Made by a program: the position numbers and the translations under genes
IMG/VR virus record: IMGVR_UViG_3300044695_006284
Location: 34,134-98,133 of that record
DNA length: 64,000 bases
Reading direction: 5' to 3' (one strand)
Origin: a virus
Shown: in pieces, positions 49,072 to 57,707 of the stretch
How positions within the stretch are numbered: position 1 is the first letter of the stretch
Layout: each line of letters begins with the position of its first letter
Notes under the pieces: model-generated
The model's database searches: none
The model's input: the letters and a program-made list of their open reading frames with translations, nothing else
What the model was told of the DNA's origin: nothing

Positions 49072-49249
49072 TGAGTTTTTTGGTTCAAAAACTGAAGAGC
49101 CTGTAGATAGCAGAGTTGAAAAAATAAATCAGCAAAGACAATGTAGCAAGTGCGAGTTGCATGCTCCATACTATAGCTTTAATCAGGCTACCTTAGAGAT
49201 GTACTGGAAATGCCCATCTGGTCATGAAACAAAGCATAAGCTTAACTGA
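49058..49249 (+). CDS. Small zinc-binding protein
   Basis: CSKC...WKCPSGH. Confidence 0.65.
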   Translation: MPNINEFFGSKTEEPVDSRVEKINQQRQCSKCELHAPYYSFNQATLEMYWKCPSGHETKHKLN

Positions 49250-49557
49250 TGTCAGAAAGAGCAGAAGTAAAAAGAGACGGAGCTAAAGCACAAAAAAATA
49301 GTGGCCGTGGAGAATATCAAAAAGGTGATGCTAAGTGGAAAAGCTTTGTAGTAGATTACAAAGAATCCAAGGCTTCATTTAATTTAAATAAAGATGTATG
49401 GGCTAAAATCTGTACAGATACTTTTAAGGTTAGCAGGGACATGCATCCAGCCCTTAAAATTATTATTGGTGAGGATTCCAAGGTCCGTCTTGGAATCATA
49501 GAGTGGTCAGTACTAGAAGAACTGATTACATTTTGGGAGGAGAATAAAAATGGCTAA
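49249..49557 (+). CDS. PD-(D/E)XK Holliday junction resolvase-like protein
   Basis: E.....GAK...NSG....KGD.....VVDYK. Confidence 0.65.
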   Translation: MSERAEVKRDGAKAQKNSGRGEYQKGDAKWKSFVVDYKESKASFNLNKDVWAKICTDTFKVSRDMHPALKIIIGEDSKVRLGIIEWSVLEELITFWEENKNG

Positions 49558-49942
49558 TCCAATTATTACAATTGTTGGAAGAGTTGGTAGTGAACCAGAA
49601 GCTGTGGGATCAAATGGACTTCGCTTTAGGGTTGCTACTAATGATCGTGTTAAGAATGATGTAACTGGAGAGTGGGAAGACAAGAACACTTCTTGGTGGA
49701 CAGTAAAGGCCTGGCGAACACTTGCAGATCAATCAAAGTCTGTAATTAAAAAGGGCATGGAAGTTATTATTGTAGGAAAGATTTATGAAGACACGTGGAC
49801 AGATAAAGATGGAGTAAAGAAAAGTTCTTATGAGATTAATGCAGACTCAATTTCTGTAACAGCATATACTTTATCTAAAGATAAATCTCCAAGCAATAAC
49901 GACTTTCCTTCATACAAGACATATGCAGAGGTTCCGTTTTAA
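49550..49942 (+). CDS. ssb: Bacterial-type single-stranded DNA-binding protein
   Basis: ITIVGRVGSEPE, FRVATN, TSWWTVKAWRTLA, KGMEVIIVG; C-terminal EVPF. Confidence 0.9.
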   Translation: MANPIITIVGRVGSEPEAVGSNGLRFRVATNDRVKNDVTGEWEDKNTSWWTVKAWRTLADQSKSVIKKGMEVIIVGKIYEDTWTDKDGVKKSSYEINADSISVTAYTLSKDKSPSNNDFPSYKTYAEVPF

Positions 49943-50100
49943 TGAAAGAAATAGTTCTTACAACATTAGTAGGAATTGGTGTGGGCAGTATATTTAGTTT
50001 ATTTAGACTACCTATACCTGCCCCACCAGTATTTTCTGGATTAATGGGTATATTTGGATTGTGGCTTGGATATGGATTAGTTGAAAGGATCATCTCATGA
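49942..50100 (+). CDS. XapX/DUF1427-like membrane microprotein (52 aa, not in ORF track)
   Basis: GIGVGSIFSLFRLPIPAPPVFSGLMGIFGLWLGY. Confidence 0.8.
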   Translation: MKEIVLTTLVGIGVGSIFSLFRLPIPAPPVFSGLMGIFGLWLGYGLVERIIS

Positions 50101-50201
50101 CATCATTTATGATTGGAATAATGATCGGAATTGTTTTTGGATATGCTATGGGTCTTTTTGCAGACAATCTGGATAAAAAGAGTAAAAAGCAAAATGATTA
50201 A
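50097..50201 (+). CDS. 34-aa single-TM microprotein (not in ORF track)
   Basis: MTSFMIGIMIGIVFGYAMGLFADNLDKKSKKQND; overlaps both neighbours. Confidence 0.6.
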   Translation: MTSFMIGIMIGIVFGYAMGLFADNLDKKSKKQND

Positions 50202-51111
50202 AAAAATATTGTCACCGAAGGTTGTTGTATACAGAGATGTATTTAGTAATCCACAAGAGACCCTTGCTTCCATCCTGGACTCTAAAGAAAGAGAAACTCA
50301 TTTTGTTTTTAAAAAATGGGAGCCTTGGGGTCAATATGGATTTTCATCAACAGCTTCGCTTTACGGTAATGATTTTGAAAGAATTATGGATAGTCCAATA
50401 GGAAGATCTGAGAGTAATATATTTTTATCTATAGAAGATGCATATTGGAAGGTTGTAGAGGATTACATAAAAGAATGGAAGAGCGTTGGAGATTGGCCAT
50501 ATGTTACTGATTGGAGCTTTACAAGAGGACAGGACTTCATTGACCTTAAGCCTACAGACCCAATTTTATTAATGTACAACCCAAACCCTCAAGATAGGCT
50601 AGCTATGAGCTATCACACAGATCAACATCAATTTGATTTTGAATCACCTAAAGACCATTTATTTATAACAGTGACAATATATTTAAATGATGATTATGGA
50701 GGTGGAGAGCTGTCTTTTATTAAAGAGGATACCAAAGAGATAAGTTATTTTAAACCAAAAGCTGGAGATATTACGGTGTTCCCGAGTGGACTTCCTTACT
50801 TCCATGGTGTAGAATCCATATCTAGCGGGCAAAAATATTTACTAAGGATGTTTGTTACCTGTAAATATGATGGCTCTGAGTCATGGAATCGTAACAAAAA
50901 AAATTACGGAGCTGAGTTGTGGGAAAAAATGGAAAAAGAAAGAATCGAGTCTGACTGGAATCTTAGCAAGTGGTTTAGGCTACCAGTATTTTTAGACGAT
51001 ACGGAGGAAAACTTGGAGAATCAAAATGTTCATGGGGAAAGAATTTACTTCCCATATAATAGAGAAGAAGCAAAGAAAAATTTTTTAGTTAGGTGGGACA
51101 ATGACAACTGA
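50194..51111 (+). CDS. 2OG-Fe(II) oxygenase (paralog of 3104-3952)
   Basis: AMSYHTD, YLNDDYGGGELSF, KPKAGD, YFHGV, KYLLR; start set to ATG 50194. Confidence 0.92.
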   Translation: MIKKILSPKVVVYRDVFSNPQETLASILDSKERETHFVFKKWEPWGQYGFSSTASLYGNDFERIMDSPIGRSESNIFLSIEDAYWKVVEDYIKEWKSVGDWPYVTDWSFTRGQDFIDLKPTDPILLMYNPNPQDRLAMSYHTDQHQFDFESPKDHLFITVTIYLNDDYGGGELSFIKEDTKEISYFKPKAGDITVFPSGLPYFHGVESISSGQKYLLRMFVTCKYDGSESWNRNKKNYGAELWEKMEKERIESDWNLSKWFRLPVFLDDTEENLENQNVHGERIYFPYNREEAKKNFLVRWDNDN

Positions 51112-51439
51112 TCAAAATACACTAGAGCTTATAAACTCTATAACTGAATTTAACGATCTGCATGATTATATGAAAGATGATCAGCTAGACAAAGCTCTTG
51201 CAATAGTTGTAAAGCTATTACTTAACCCAGATGTTCCAGCAGCTAAAGCACCTCAGCTGATTATTGAGTTGCAAGCAATGTCAACTAAATTTTCAATGAT
51301 GGCATCTTATTATTCAACAATAGCAAAAGATAAAGCTGGTACAGCAAATAATAACAAGAAAAATATTTATTATTCAGCCAAAGAGTCCATAGACAAACTT
51401 GTAGATGCACTTAAGTATGTCGTTAGGTATAATTTGTAA
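51101..51439 (+). CDS. Conserved hypothetical helical protein
   Basis: 112-aa ORF coupled to the Cas4-like gene. Confidence 0.7.
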   Translation: MTTDQNTLELINSITEFNDLHDYMKDDQLDKALAIVVKLLLNPDVPAAKAPQLIIELQAMSTKFSMMASYYSTIAKDKAGTANNNKKNIYYSAKESIDKLVDALKYVVRYNL

Positions 51440-52230
51440 TGGGTAGAAACATAGTAAAAAATTTAAAGTTTAAAAAGCACACAGGAAAGTTCTTTGACCC
51501 AGAGCTTTTTGCATCAATGCTAGATGAGTCGTATAAAAATACAAAACGAGCAGATGGTGAAATGACTAAAAAGTCTTTTAGCCCAAGCTCTCTTGGGTAT
51601 GGGCATGGAACATGTCCTAGATATTGGTATATGGCTTTTTCTGGAGCTGTTTTTATTGATAACAATGATGCAGTTGCAGTTGCAAATATGGCTCAGGGCA
51701 CACAAGCTCATGAGAGGCTTCAAAATTTAATTAAAACTATGCCGCAGTGGGTTGCAGAAGAAGAAGAAATAGTAAATGAGTACCCACCAATACGTGGGTT
51801 CATTGACCTTATTATGGAGTATGACAATGAAACAGTAATTGGTGAAATCAAAACTGCCAAACAAGAAGTTTGGGATGCAAGGCAGGCTGAGATGAGCCCA
51901 TCTGCAAACCACTTGCTACAACTTTTGACATACATGAAGCTTAAAGATGCTAAAGAAGGATTCTTTCTTTATGAAAATAAAAACACTCAAGAGATATTAG
52001 TCATACCAGTATCAATGAATGAAAGAAACAAAAAGATAATTGAGGATGCATTTTTGTGGATGAGAGAGGTGTGGGATAATTTTAAAGACGGGGACCTGCC
52101 CATGAAACCAGAAGGTGCCTCAAAAACAAAGATGCCTTGCACATATTGTCCAATTAAAAAAGAGTGTTATTCAAAAGAGACACCCGTTGGAACGGTTCAG
52201 ATAGAAAGATTTAAGGTGCCAGTGCTATGA
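51439..52230 (+). CDS. Cas4-like (RecB-family) exonuclease, stand-alone
   Basis: SPSSL...CPR, GTQAHE, GFID...EIKT, QLLTY, C-terminal CTYCPIKKEC. Confidence 0.85.
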   Translation: MGRNIVKNLKFKKHTGKFFDPELFASMLDESYKNTKRADGEMTKKSFSPSSLGYGHGTCPRYWYMAFSGAVFIDNNDAVAVANMAQGTQAHERLQNLIKTMPQWVAEEEEIVNEYPPIRGFIDLIMEYDNETVIGEIKTAKQEVWDARQAEMSPSANHLLQLLTYMKLKDAKEGFFLYENKNTQEILVIPVSMNERNKKIIEDAFLWMREVWDNFKDGDLPMKPEGASKTKMPCTYCPIKKECYSKETPVGTVQIERFKVPVL

Positions 52231-52505
52231 TTTGTGCCAACCAGGAGTGTGCAATTCCTTTTGAGCCTAAAACACATAACCAAAAATATCATTCCGATGA
52301 GTGCTGCAGGGTAGCAACTAATAAGAAAATAATGCAGAAGTATTATGAAAAAAAGGCTATAAGGTCTGGATCAAGCAGATTGTGCAAAAAATGTAATGCT
52401 AAGCTAAGTAGATATAATGATCAGTCAATATGCTCAATGTGTCAAAAAAATTCAGCTATAGAAAATAGACTAAAGATACTAGGAATGTTAGATGACATTA
52501 GCTAA
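52227..52505 (+). CDS. Cys-rich zinc-binding protein
   Basis: CANQEC, HSDECC, CKKC, CSMC. Confidence 0.7.
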   Translation: MICANQECAIPFEPKTHNQKYHSDECCRVATNKKIMQKYYEKKAIRSGSSRLCKKCNAKLSRYNDQSICSMCQKNSAIENRLKILGMLDDIS

Positions 52506-53058
52506 ACTAATAAAGACAAAAGCTCATAGAGTTTTAGGAATTGACGCATCTACCAGCTCAATAGCTTTTTGCTTAATGGAAAACAATATACCTATTAAGT
52601 GGGGCAAGGTTAATCTTGTAGGAAATGATATATATGAAAAGATATATAATGCTAAAATAAAAATGTCTGTAATGCTTGATGAATTAAAAAGTGATTATAT
52701 TGCTGTTGAAGGTGCCATACTTGTTAGATCACCTGATGCTGCTATAAAATTATCATACGTATATGGAGTTGTTATCGCTGAGCTTATGTCAACTGGAGCA
52801 TCTGTAATTACAATATCTCCAAGCGCATGGCAGTCACATATTGGAAATAAGAACCCTACAAAGGATGAGAAGGAAGCAATAAGGGTTAAAAACCCAGGAT
52901 ATGCAGACTCCTGGTATAAAAATCAATTAAGAAATATGCGTAAGCAAAGGACAGCTGATTATTTTAACAAAAAATATAATGTGCTGATAGAAGATTTTGA
53001 TGTAGCAGATTCATTCGGTATTGCTTATTATGCAAATGAGGTGCTGACTAAAAGATGA
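52492..53058 (+). CDS. ruvC: RuvC-like Holliday junction resolvase
   Basis: VLGIDAS, IAVE, DVADSFGIA. Confidence 0.85.
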   Translation: MTLAKLIKTKAHRVLGIDASTSSIAFCLMENNIPIKWGKVNLVGNDIYEKIYNAKIKMSVMLDELKSDYIAVEGAILVRSPDAAIKLSYVYGVVIAELMSTGASVITISPSAWQSHIGNKNPTKDEKEAIRVKNPGYADSWYKNQLRNMRKQRTADYFNKKYNVLIEDFDVADSFGIAYYANEVLTKR

Positions 53059-53195
53059 AGTTCTATAAGAATAAGGATTGGCTATACAGGAGGTATGTTG
53101 TTCAAAAGAAAAGTATGGATGAGATTGCAAAAGAATGTAGCGTTACTACAATGACTATATATAGATCTTTAAAGGAAGCGGGAATTATTAAATGA
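53055..53195 (+). CDS. 46-aa HTH protein (not in ORF track)
   Basis: KDWLYRRY...SMDEIAKECSVTTMTIYRSL; ATGA overlaps at both ends. Confidence 0.75.
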   Translation: MKFYKNKDWLYRRYVVQKKSMDEIAKECSVTTMTIYRSLKEAGIIK

Positions 53196-53776
53196 CAAAT
53201 AAGATTTTTTTTATTGGTGACTCGCATACAGCCTTTTTTTCTGGATCTACAAAAGATGTTTATAATGTAAGAGAGTACCATGTTGGCAATTATCAATTTG
53301 TAATGGATGGGGCAGAAGTTTACTTTGGCTGGCAGCATTCAAGGGCAGCTTACCACCTAGACACACACTTATTGAAAGAATTAATAGATCCTTTTTATGA
53401 AATGATAGATGAAAACTCCTTTATAGTATTTTGTTTTGGAGGTATGGATACCCAGTTTCATTTAAAAAAGTATAATAATTGCCAAGAGGTGGTAAAAAAG
53501 TATGTAGATACCTGCATAGAGTTTGCTAAGTCGACTAAGGCAAAAATTATTTTTATGGAGACATGGTATACAAATAATGCCCTAGAGCAATACACCGAGT
53601 TTAATAGCTATCTACATGATTACTGTATAGAAAAAGGTATTCACCCCCCTATTAAAATTATCAATAATATAGTAGAATATAACTATAAGTCAGAAGATTT
53701 TTACAACCATATGGGCAAAAAAGATTCTAAAAAAGTTTTAGAATACTCGTTAGAATTAGTTAAGGGATTATTTTAA
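53192..53776 (+). CDS. SGNH/GDSL hydrolase-like protein
   Basis: FIGDSH, FGGMD, C-terminal D..NH. Confidence 0.6.
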   Translation: MTNKIFFIGDSHTAFFSGSTKDVYNVREYHVGNYQFVMDGAEVYFGWQHSRAAYHLDTHLLKELIDPFYEMIDENSFIVFCFGGMDTQFHLKKYNNCQEVVKKYVDTCIEFAKSTKAKIIFMETWYTNNALEQYTEFNSYLHDYCIEKGIHPPIKIINNIVEYNYKSEDFYNHMGKKDSKKVLEYSLELVKGLF

Positions 53777-53778
53777 AT

Positions 53779-54111
53779 ATGTTAACTCCAGTTTTTGAAG
53801 ACTCAAAAGAATTTAGGTATGACGATCTGTATTTGCTTACAGTAGGAACAGAAGCTGGTAAAGATATTCTTAGCACCTGCCTTGAAATTGCTCACATGTT
53901 AATTAAAAAGAATATTTCATATGGCAACTCTGCTTTAGAGCCAGTTAGAATATTCTCAAAGGCGGGACCAAAAGAACAGCTTTATGTCAGAATTGATGAT
54001 AAGCTTAATAGATTAATTAAGGGTGCTGAGTATCCAGGTGATAATGATATTGACGATTTAATTGGATATTTAGTTTTATTAAAGATAGCAAAAGGGATGG
54101 ATGATGCTTAA
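53779..54111 (+). CDS. DUF1599/Nmad1-like nucleotide-modification-associated protein
   Basis: KKNISYGNS, RIDDKLNR, DLIGYLVL. Confidence 0.7.
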   Translation: MLTPVFEDSKEFRYDDLYLLTVGTEAGKDILSTCLEIAHMLIKKNISYGNSALEPVRIFSKAGPKEQLYVRIDDKLNRLIKGAEYPGDNDIDDLIGYLVLLKIAKGMDDA

Positions 54112-54700
54112 TACAAATGGCTCTATCAGTCTAGGTCAAGATATATATTTATATAAAAATTTTATTACACCTGAGAGCGCTGATCGTCTTTTTAATATTG
54201 CAAAAAATTCCTCGCCAGAAATTTGGAACCCACAATTTGATTTAAAAATGAATCCACAGCATTATGTAACTAATTATTTTGGAGAAGCTCAATTTATTTA
54301 TGAAGCAATGAAAGATTTTCAATTATCAAGTGGTGATCTTGTACTAAGTGACTCGGTATATTTACAGAAATATCATGCAGGACAAGGAATGGCAGTGCAT
54401 TACGACAATAATAAAGTAGAGAAGCAAATAGAGATTGCAAAGAATTATAAGGATGGCGATGAGTTTGAGGTTGTAAAAGAGCCAGTATACGGAATAGTTG
54501 TTTATTTAAATAAGGTGGATGGAGGAGAGCTATTTTATGAAAATCAAGGAGTAGTCTACTCACCCAGCCCAGGAGACATGATAATCCACAGCGCAGAAAA
54601 GCATTGCTCCCACGGTGTTAATAAATTAATTTCTGATTTAAGGGTTGTTTACTCTTCTATGATATACAGGGAAATCAAAGTTCCAATCCTAGTCAACTAA
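54101..54700 (+). CDS. 2OG-Fe(II) oxygenase
   Basis: HYD, YLNKVDGGEL, PSPGD, CSHGV, LRV. Confidence 0.88.
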   Translation: MMLNTNGSISLGQDIYLYKNFITPESADRLFNIAKNSSPEIWNPQFDLKMNPQHYVTNYFGEAQFIYEAMKDFQLSSGDLVLSDSVYLQKYHAGQGMAVHYDNNKVEKQIEIAKNYKDGDEFEVVKEPVYGIVVYLNKVDGGELFYENQGVVYSPSPGDMIIHSAEKHCSHGVNKLISDLRVVYSSMIYREIKVPILVN

Positions 54701-54704
54701 GATG

Positions 54705-54713
54705 TGGTATAAT
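54705..54713 (+). promoter_or_regulatory. Extended -10 promoter of the terminase operon, probably leaderless
   Basis: TGGTATAAT ends 8 nt before ATG 54722. Confidence 0.65.
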
Positions 54714-54721
54714 AAATTTAT

Positions 54722-55258
54722 ATGGAAATAGAATTAGCTGATCACTTTGATCGAATGAACAAGGTAGTTGAAGAGCTACTTAGGGGTAATAGCCCTACCC
54801 AGATTGCTACCTTGACTGGTCTTAAAAGGGCAGAAGTTATTGAGTTGATAGACGAGTGGAAGAGTGTTGTGCACAACGACACATCAGCCCGTGAACGAGC
54901 CAAAGAGGCTATCTCTGGAGCTGACCAACATTACGCAATGCTAATAAAAGAAGCATGGAAAACAGTTGAGGATGCAGATCAAGCAGGTCAGCTTAGCGTT
55001 AAGTCTGGAGCACTTAAGCTAATTGCTGACATAGAAGGAAAAAGGATTGGCATGCTGCAAGAAGTTGGTTTGCTAGATAATGCAGAGATGGCAGGCCAAA
55101 TAGCAGAGGCGGAAAGAAAGCAAGAAGTTTTAGTTAAGATTCTAAAAGAAGTTACTGCAACATGCCCTAAGTGTAAGATGGAAGTAGCTAAACGCTTATC
55201 TCAAATAACTGGAATTGTTGAGCCGATAGAGATAATTGAGGAAGTAAGTGGAGTTTAA
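54722..55258 (+). CDS. Terminase small subunit (putative; N-terminal HTH)
   Basis: GNSPTQIATLTGLKRAEV, helical body, CPKC; overlaps TerL. Confidence 0.65.
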   Translation: MEIELADHFDRMNKVVEELLRGNSPTQIATLTGLKRAEVIELIDEWKSVVHNDTSARERAKEAISGADQHYAMLIKEAWKTVEDADQAGQLSVKSGALKLIADIEGKRIGMLQEVGLLDNAEMAGQIAEAERKQEVLVKILKEVTATCPKCKMEVAKRLSQITGIVEPIEIIEEVSGV

Positions 55259-57038
55259 TTTTGACGACCTCATCGATATACTTGACGGAGAAGAGTTCGA
55301 AGAAAGACCTGTCGATCTAAGAACGTTTGTAACAGACAAAAACTATTTAGGTCTACCTGAGTTATCAGAAAATCAATATACTCTTATTGAAAAATCTTCT
55401 CAGATTTATAAAGAGTCAACCCTTATTAAGCTTTTTGGAGAAAAAGAAGGCTCATTAAGATATAAGCAAACATGTAATGAAGTTGTTGCTCAATTAGGTA
55501 AAGGTAGCGGAAAAGATTATTGCTCAACCATATCTGTTGCTTATATAGTTTATTTACTATTATGTCTTAAAGACCCAGCATCTTATTATGGTAAGCCACC
55601 AGGAGACTCAATTGATATTATAAATATTGCTATCAACGCCCAACAAGCAAACAACGTGTTCTTTAAGGGTTTTAAAAATAGAGTAACTCATTCTCCATGG
55701 TTTATAGGCAAGTACTTTGAGAAAGCTTCAGAAATAAAGTTTGATAAGAATGTTACCGTTTACTCTGGTCACTCAGAAAGAGAAGCATTTGAAGGATATA
55801 ACGTTTTAGTTGCCGTACTTGATGAAATTTCTGGATTCGCTCTAGACAGCACAAGTGGACACGATCAAGCAAAAACTGCAAGTGGTATCTATGATATGTA
55901 CAGGGCATCTGTAGATTCTCGTTTCCCAGATTACGGAAAAGTAATTCTGCTTTCTTTTCCACGTTTCAAGAACGACTATATCCAGCAAAGATACGATGAA
56001 ATTATTTCAGAAAAAGAAGTTATATCAAGATCGCATAGATTCAAATTAGATCCAGACCTTCCAGAAAATACAGTAGGCAACGAGTTTGATATTTTTTGGG
56101 ACGAGGACCAAATTATTTCTTACAAGTATCCAAGAGTATATGCTATACGAAGACCAACCTGGGAAGTTAACCCAACAAGAAGCATAGAGGATTTTAAAAT
56201 TGCATTTTATAGAGATGTAACAGATGCTCTAGGAAGATTTGCTTGCATGCCACCAGAAGCAATTGATGCCTTCTTTAAATCTCGTGAAAAAATTGAGATG
56301 GCATTTAAAGATCTATCAATAGCAGTCGATGGGTTTGGAAGATTTGAAGACTGGTTCTTGCCAGAAGAAGACAAAGATTATTATATACACGTTGACTTAG
56401 CTCAAAAGCATGACCATTGTGCTGTATCTATGGCTCACATCGAAAAGTTTGTTAGTGTAAAGGTTACTGACACTTATTCTCAGCCAGCACCAATTGTTAA
56501 GGTAGACGCTGTGATGTATTGGACACCTACTTCAGACAAGTCAGTGGATTTTGCTGAAGTAAGAGATTATATTCTGTCTCTTAGATCCAGGGGATTTAAT
56601 ATTAAGATATGCACATTTGATAGATGGAACTCTCACGACATGATGCAGCAGCTGAAGCAGTATGGAATAAATACTCAAACTTTATCTGTTGCAAAAAAAC
56701 ATTACGATGACATGGCTATGGTAGTTTTAGAAGAAAGATTAAATGGACCTCATATACCATTGCTTGTAGATGAATTATTAGAGTTAAGAATTATGCGTGA
56801 TAAAGTTGACCACCCAAGAAAAGGATCTAAAGACTTAGCTGATGCTGTTTGTGGTTCAATATATAATGCGATTAGTTTAACAAGAGAAGCTTTTGGAGAC
56901 ATTGAGGTTCATGACTATGCTTCTGTAAAAAAACAATATAGAGAAAGTTTAACACAAGAAAGCCCGAATTTAATTAAGGCACCTTCAGCAATGCCAAGGG
57001 ATCTTTCTGATGCACTAAGTGGAATGGAAATAGTATGA
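55248..57038 (+). CDS. terL: Terminase large subunit
   Basis: GKGSGKD Walker A, VLDE Walker B, HVDLA, TFDRWNS, DHPRKGSKDLADA. Confidence 0.92.
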   Translation: MEFNFDDLIDILDGEEFEERPVDLRTFVTDKNYLGLPELSENQYTLIEKSSQIYKESTLIKLFGEKEGSLRYKQTCNEVVAQLGKGSGKDYCSTISVAYIVYLLLCLKDPASYYGKPPGDSIDIINIAINAQQANNVFFKGFKNRVTHSPWFIGKYFEKASEIKFDKNVTVYSGHSEREAFEGYNVLVAVLDEISGFALDSTSGHDQAKTASGIYDMYRASVDSRFPDYGKVILLSFPRFKNDYIQQRYDEIISEKEVISRSHRFKLDPDLPENTVGNEFDIFWDEDQIISYKYPRVYAIRRPTWEVNPTRSIEDFKIAFYRDVTDALGRFACMPPEAIDAFFKSREKIEMAFKDLSIAVDGFGRFEDWFLPEEDKDYYIHVDLAQKHDHCAVSMAHIEKFVSVKVTDTYSQPAPIVKVDAVMYWTPTSDKSVDFAEVRDYILSLRSRGFNIKICTFDRWNSHDMMQQLKQYGINTQTLSVAKKHYDDMAMVVLEERLNGPHIPLLVDELLELRIMRDKVDHPRKGSKDLADAVCGSIYNAISLTREAFGDIEVHDYASVKKQYRESLTQESPNLIKAPSAMPRDLSDALSGMEIV

Positions 57039-57274
57039 GTATATATCAAGAAAAAGCTAAAGAATGTAAATGTTGCAGTAAGCATGTTCCTCTTCCAACT
57101 AGGTTGAAGGACTATAACGGAACACTAGTTTGCCCTACGACCTTTGACAACATCCATGAATACAAAAGGGTATGGTCTGATATTGGAAAGAGGCCCCCAG
57201 GAAGCATAAGGAAGCATTTTTCAGAGTATGTACAGAAAATAGTAGAAGACTCTATTGACAAAGTTGTAAGCTAA
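57035..57274 (+). CDS. Hypothetical Cys-containing protein
   Basis: CKCC...CPTT; ATGA overlap. Confidence 0.6.
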   Translation: MSIYQEKAKECKCCSKHVPLPTRLKDYNGTLVCPTTFDNIHEYKRVWSDIGKRPPGSIRKHFSEYVQKIVEDSIDKVVS

Positions 57275-57284
57275 ATACTATAAT
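57255..57284 (+). promoter_or_regulatory. Consensus sigma70 promoter for the tRNA
   Basis: TTGACA-N18-TATAAT, 8 nt before the tRNA. Confidence 0.75.
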
Positions 57285-57292
57285 ACAACTAG

Positions 57293-57366
57293 GCAACAAT
57301 AGCTTAGTTGGTTAAAGCCCCGAACTCATAATTCGGTAATCGTAGGTTCAAGTCCTACTTGTTGCA
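57293..57366 (+). tRNA. tRNA with CAT anticodon (elongator Met or Ile2)
   Basis: GCAACAA/TTGTTGC acceptor stem, CCGAA-CTCATAA-TTCGG anticodon arm, GTAGG-TTCAAGT-CCTAC T arm; no initiator features; no encoded CCA. Confidence 0.9.
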
Positions 57367-57377
57367 CAGGAGGTAGC

Positions 57378-57707
57378 ATGTTTAACGAATATGATGATGA
57401 AGAAGAGCTTATGCTTAAAATACAACACTACATAGACATCGGTGCTATTAAAATTGCTGGATTTACACAAGATGGTGAAGCGATATTTGAATTAAATGAA
57501 AACATAACTTCAGTTTTAGCACCAGATTTATGGCAGGCGCATGAAGAGTATGTTGAATCAGAGCTTATAGACCTAGTTAATAATGATTTGATGAATGTTG
57601 AGTATGATGAAAATCTTCGGGCTACATATAATTTTACAGAAGAAGGATATCAGATAGCTAAGCAAAAGGGAATAATTCCTATAGACCAAGACGAACTTGA
57701 TATGTAA
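57378..57707 (+). CDS. Acidic hypothetical protein (possible winged helix)
   Basis: AGGAGG RBS; YNFTEEGYQIA. Confidence 0.7.
   Translation: MFNEYDDEEELMLKIQHYIDIGAIKIAGFTQDGEAIFELNENITSVLAPDLWQAHEEYVESELIDLVNNDLMNVEYDENLRATYNFTEEGYQIAKQKGIIPIDQDELDM

Noticed and set aside
13254-50193. ORF-track starts at 13254, 14682, 42772 and 50131
   Set aside because: Downstream starts (13308, 14706, 42823, 50194) have better RBS or overlap geometry.
51439-52230. Cas4-like gene as a sign of a CRISPR-Cas system
   Set aside because: No repeat-spacer array or other cas genes seen; stand-alone Cas4-like nucleases are normal in phage recombination modules.
41364-57038. Inteins or introns in DnaB, DnaE, RecA or TerL
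   Set aside because: Lengths are normal, motifs are contiguous, and no splice-junction or homing endonuclease motifs were seen.
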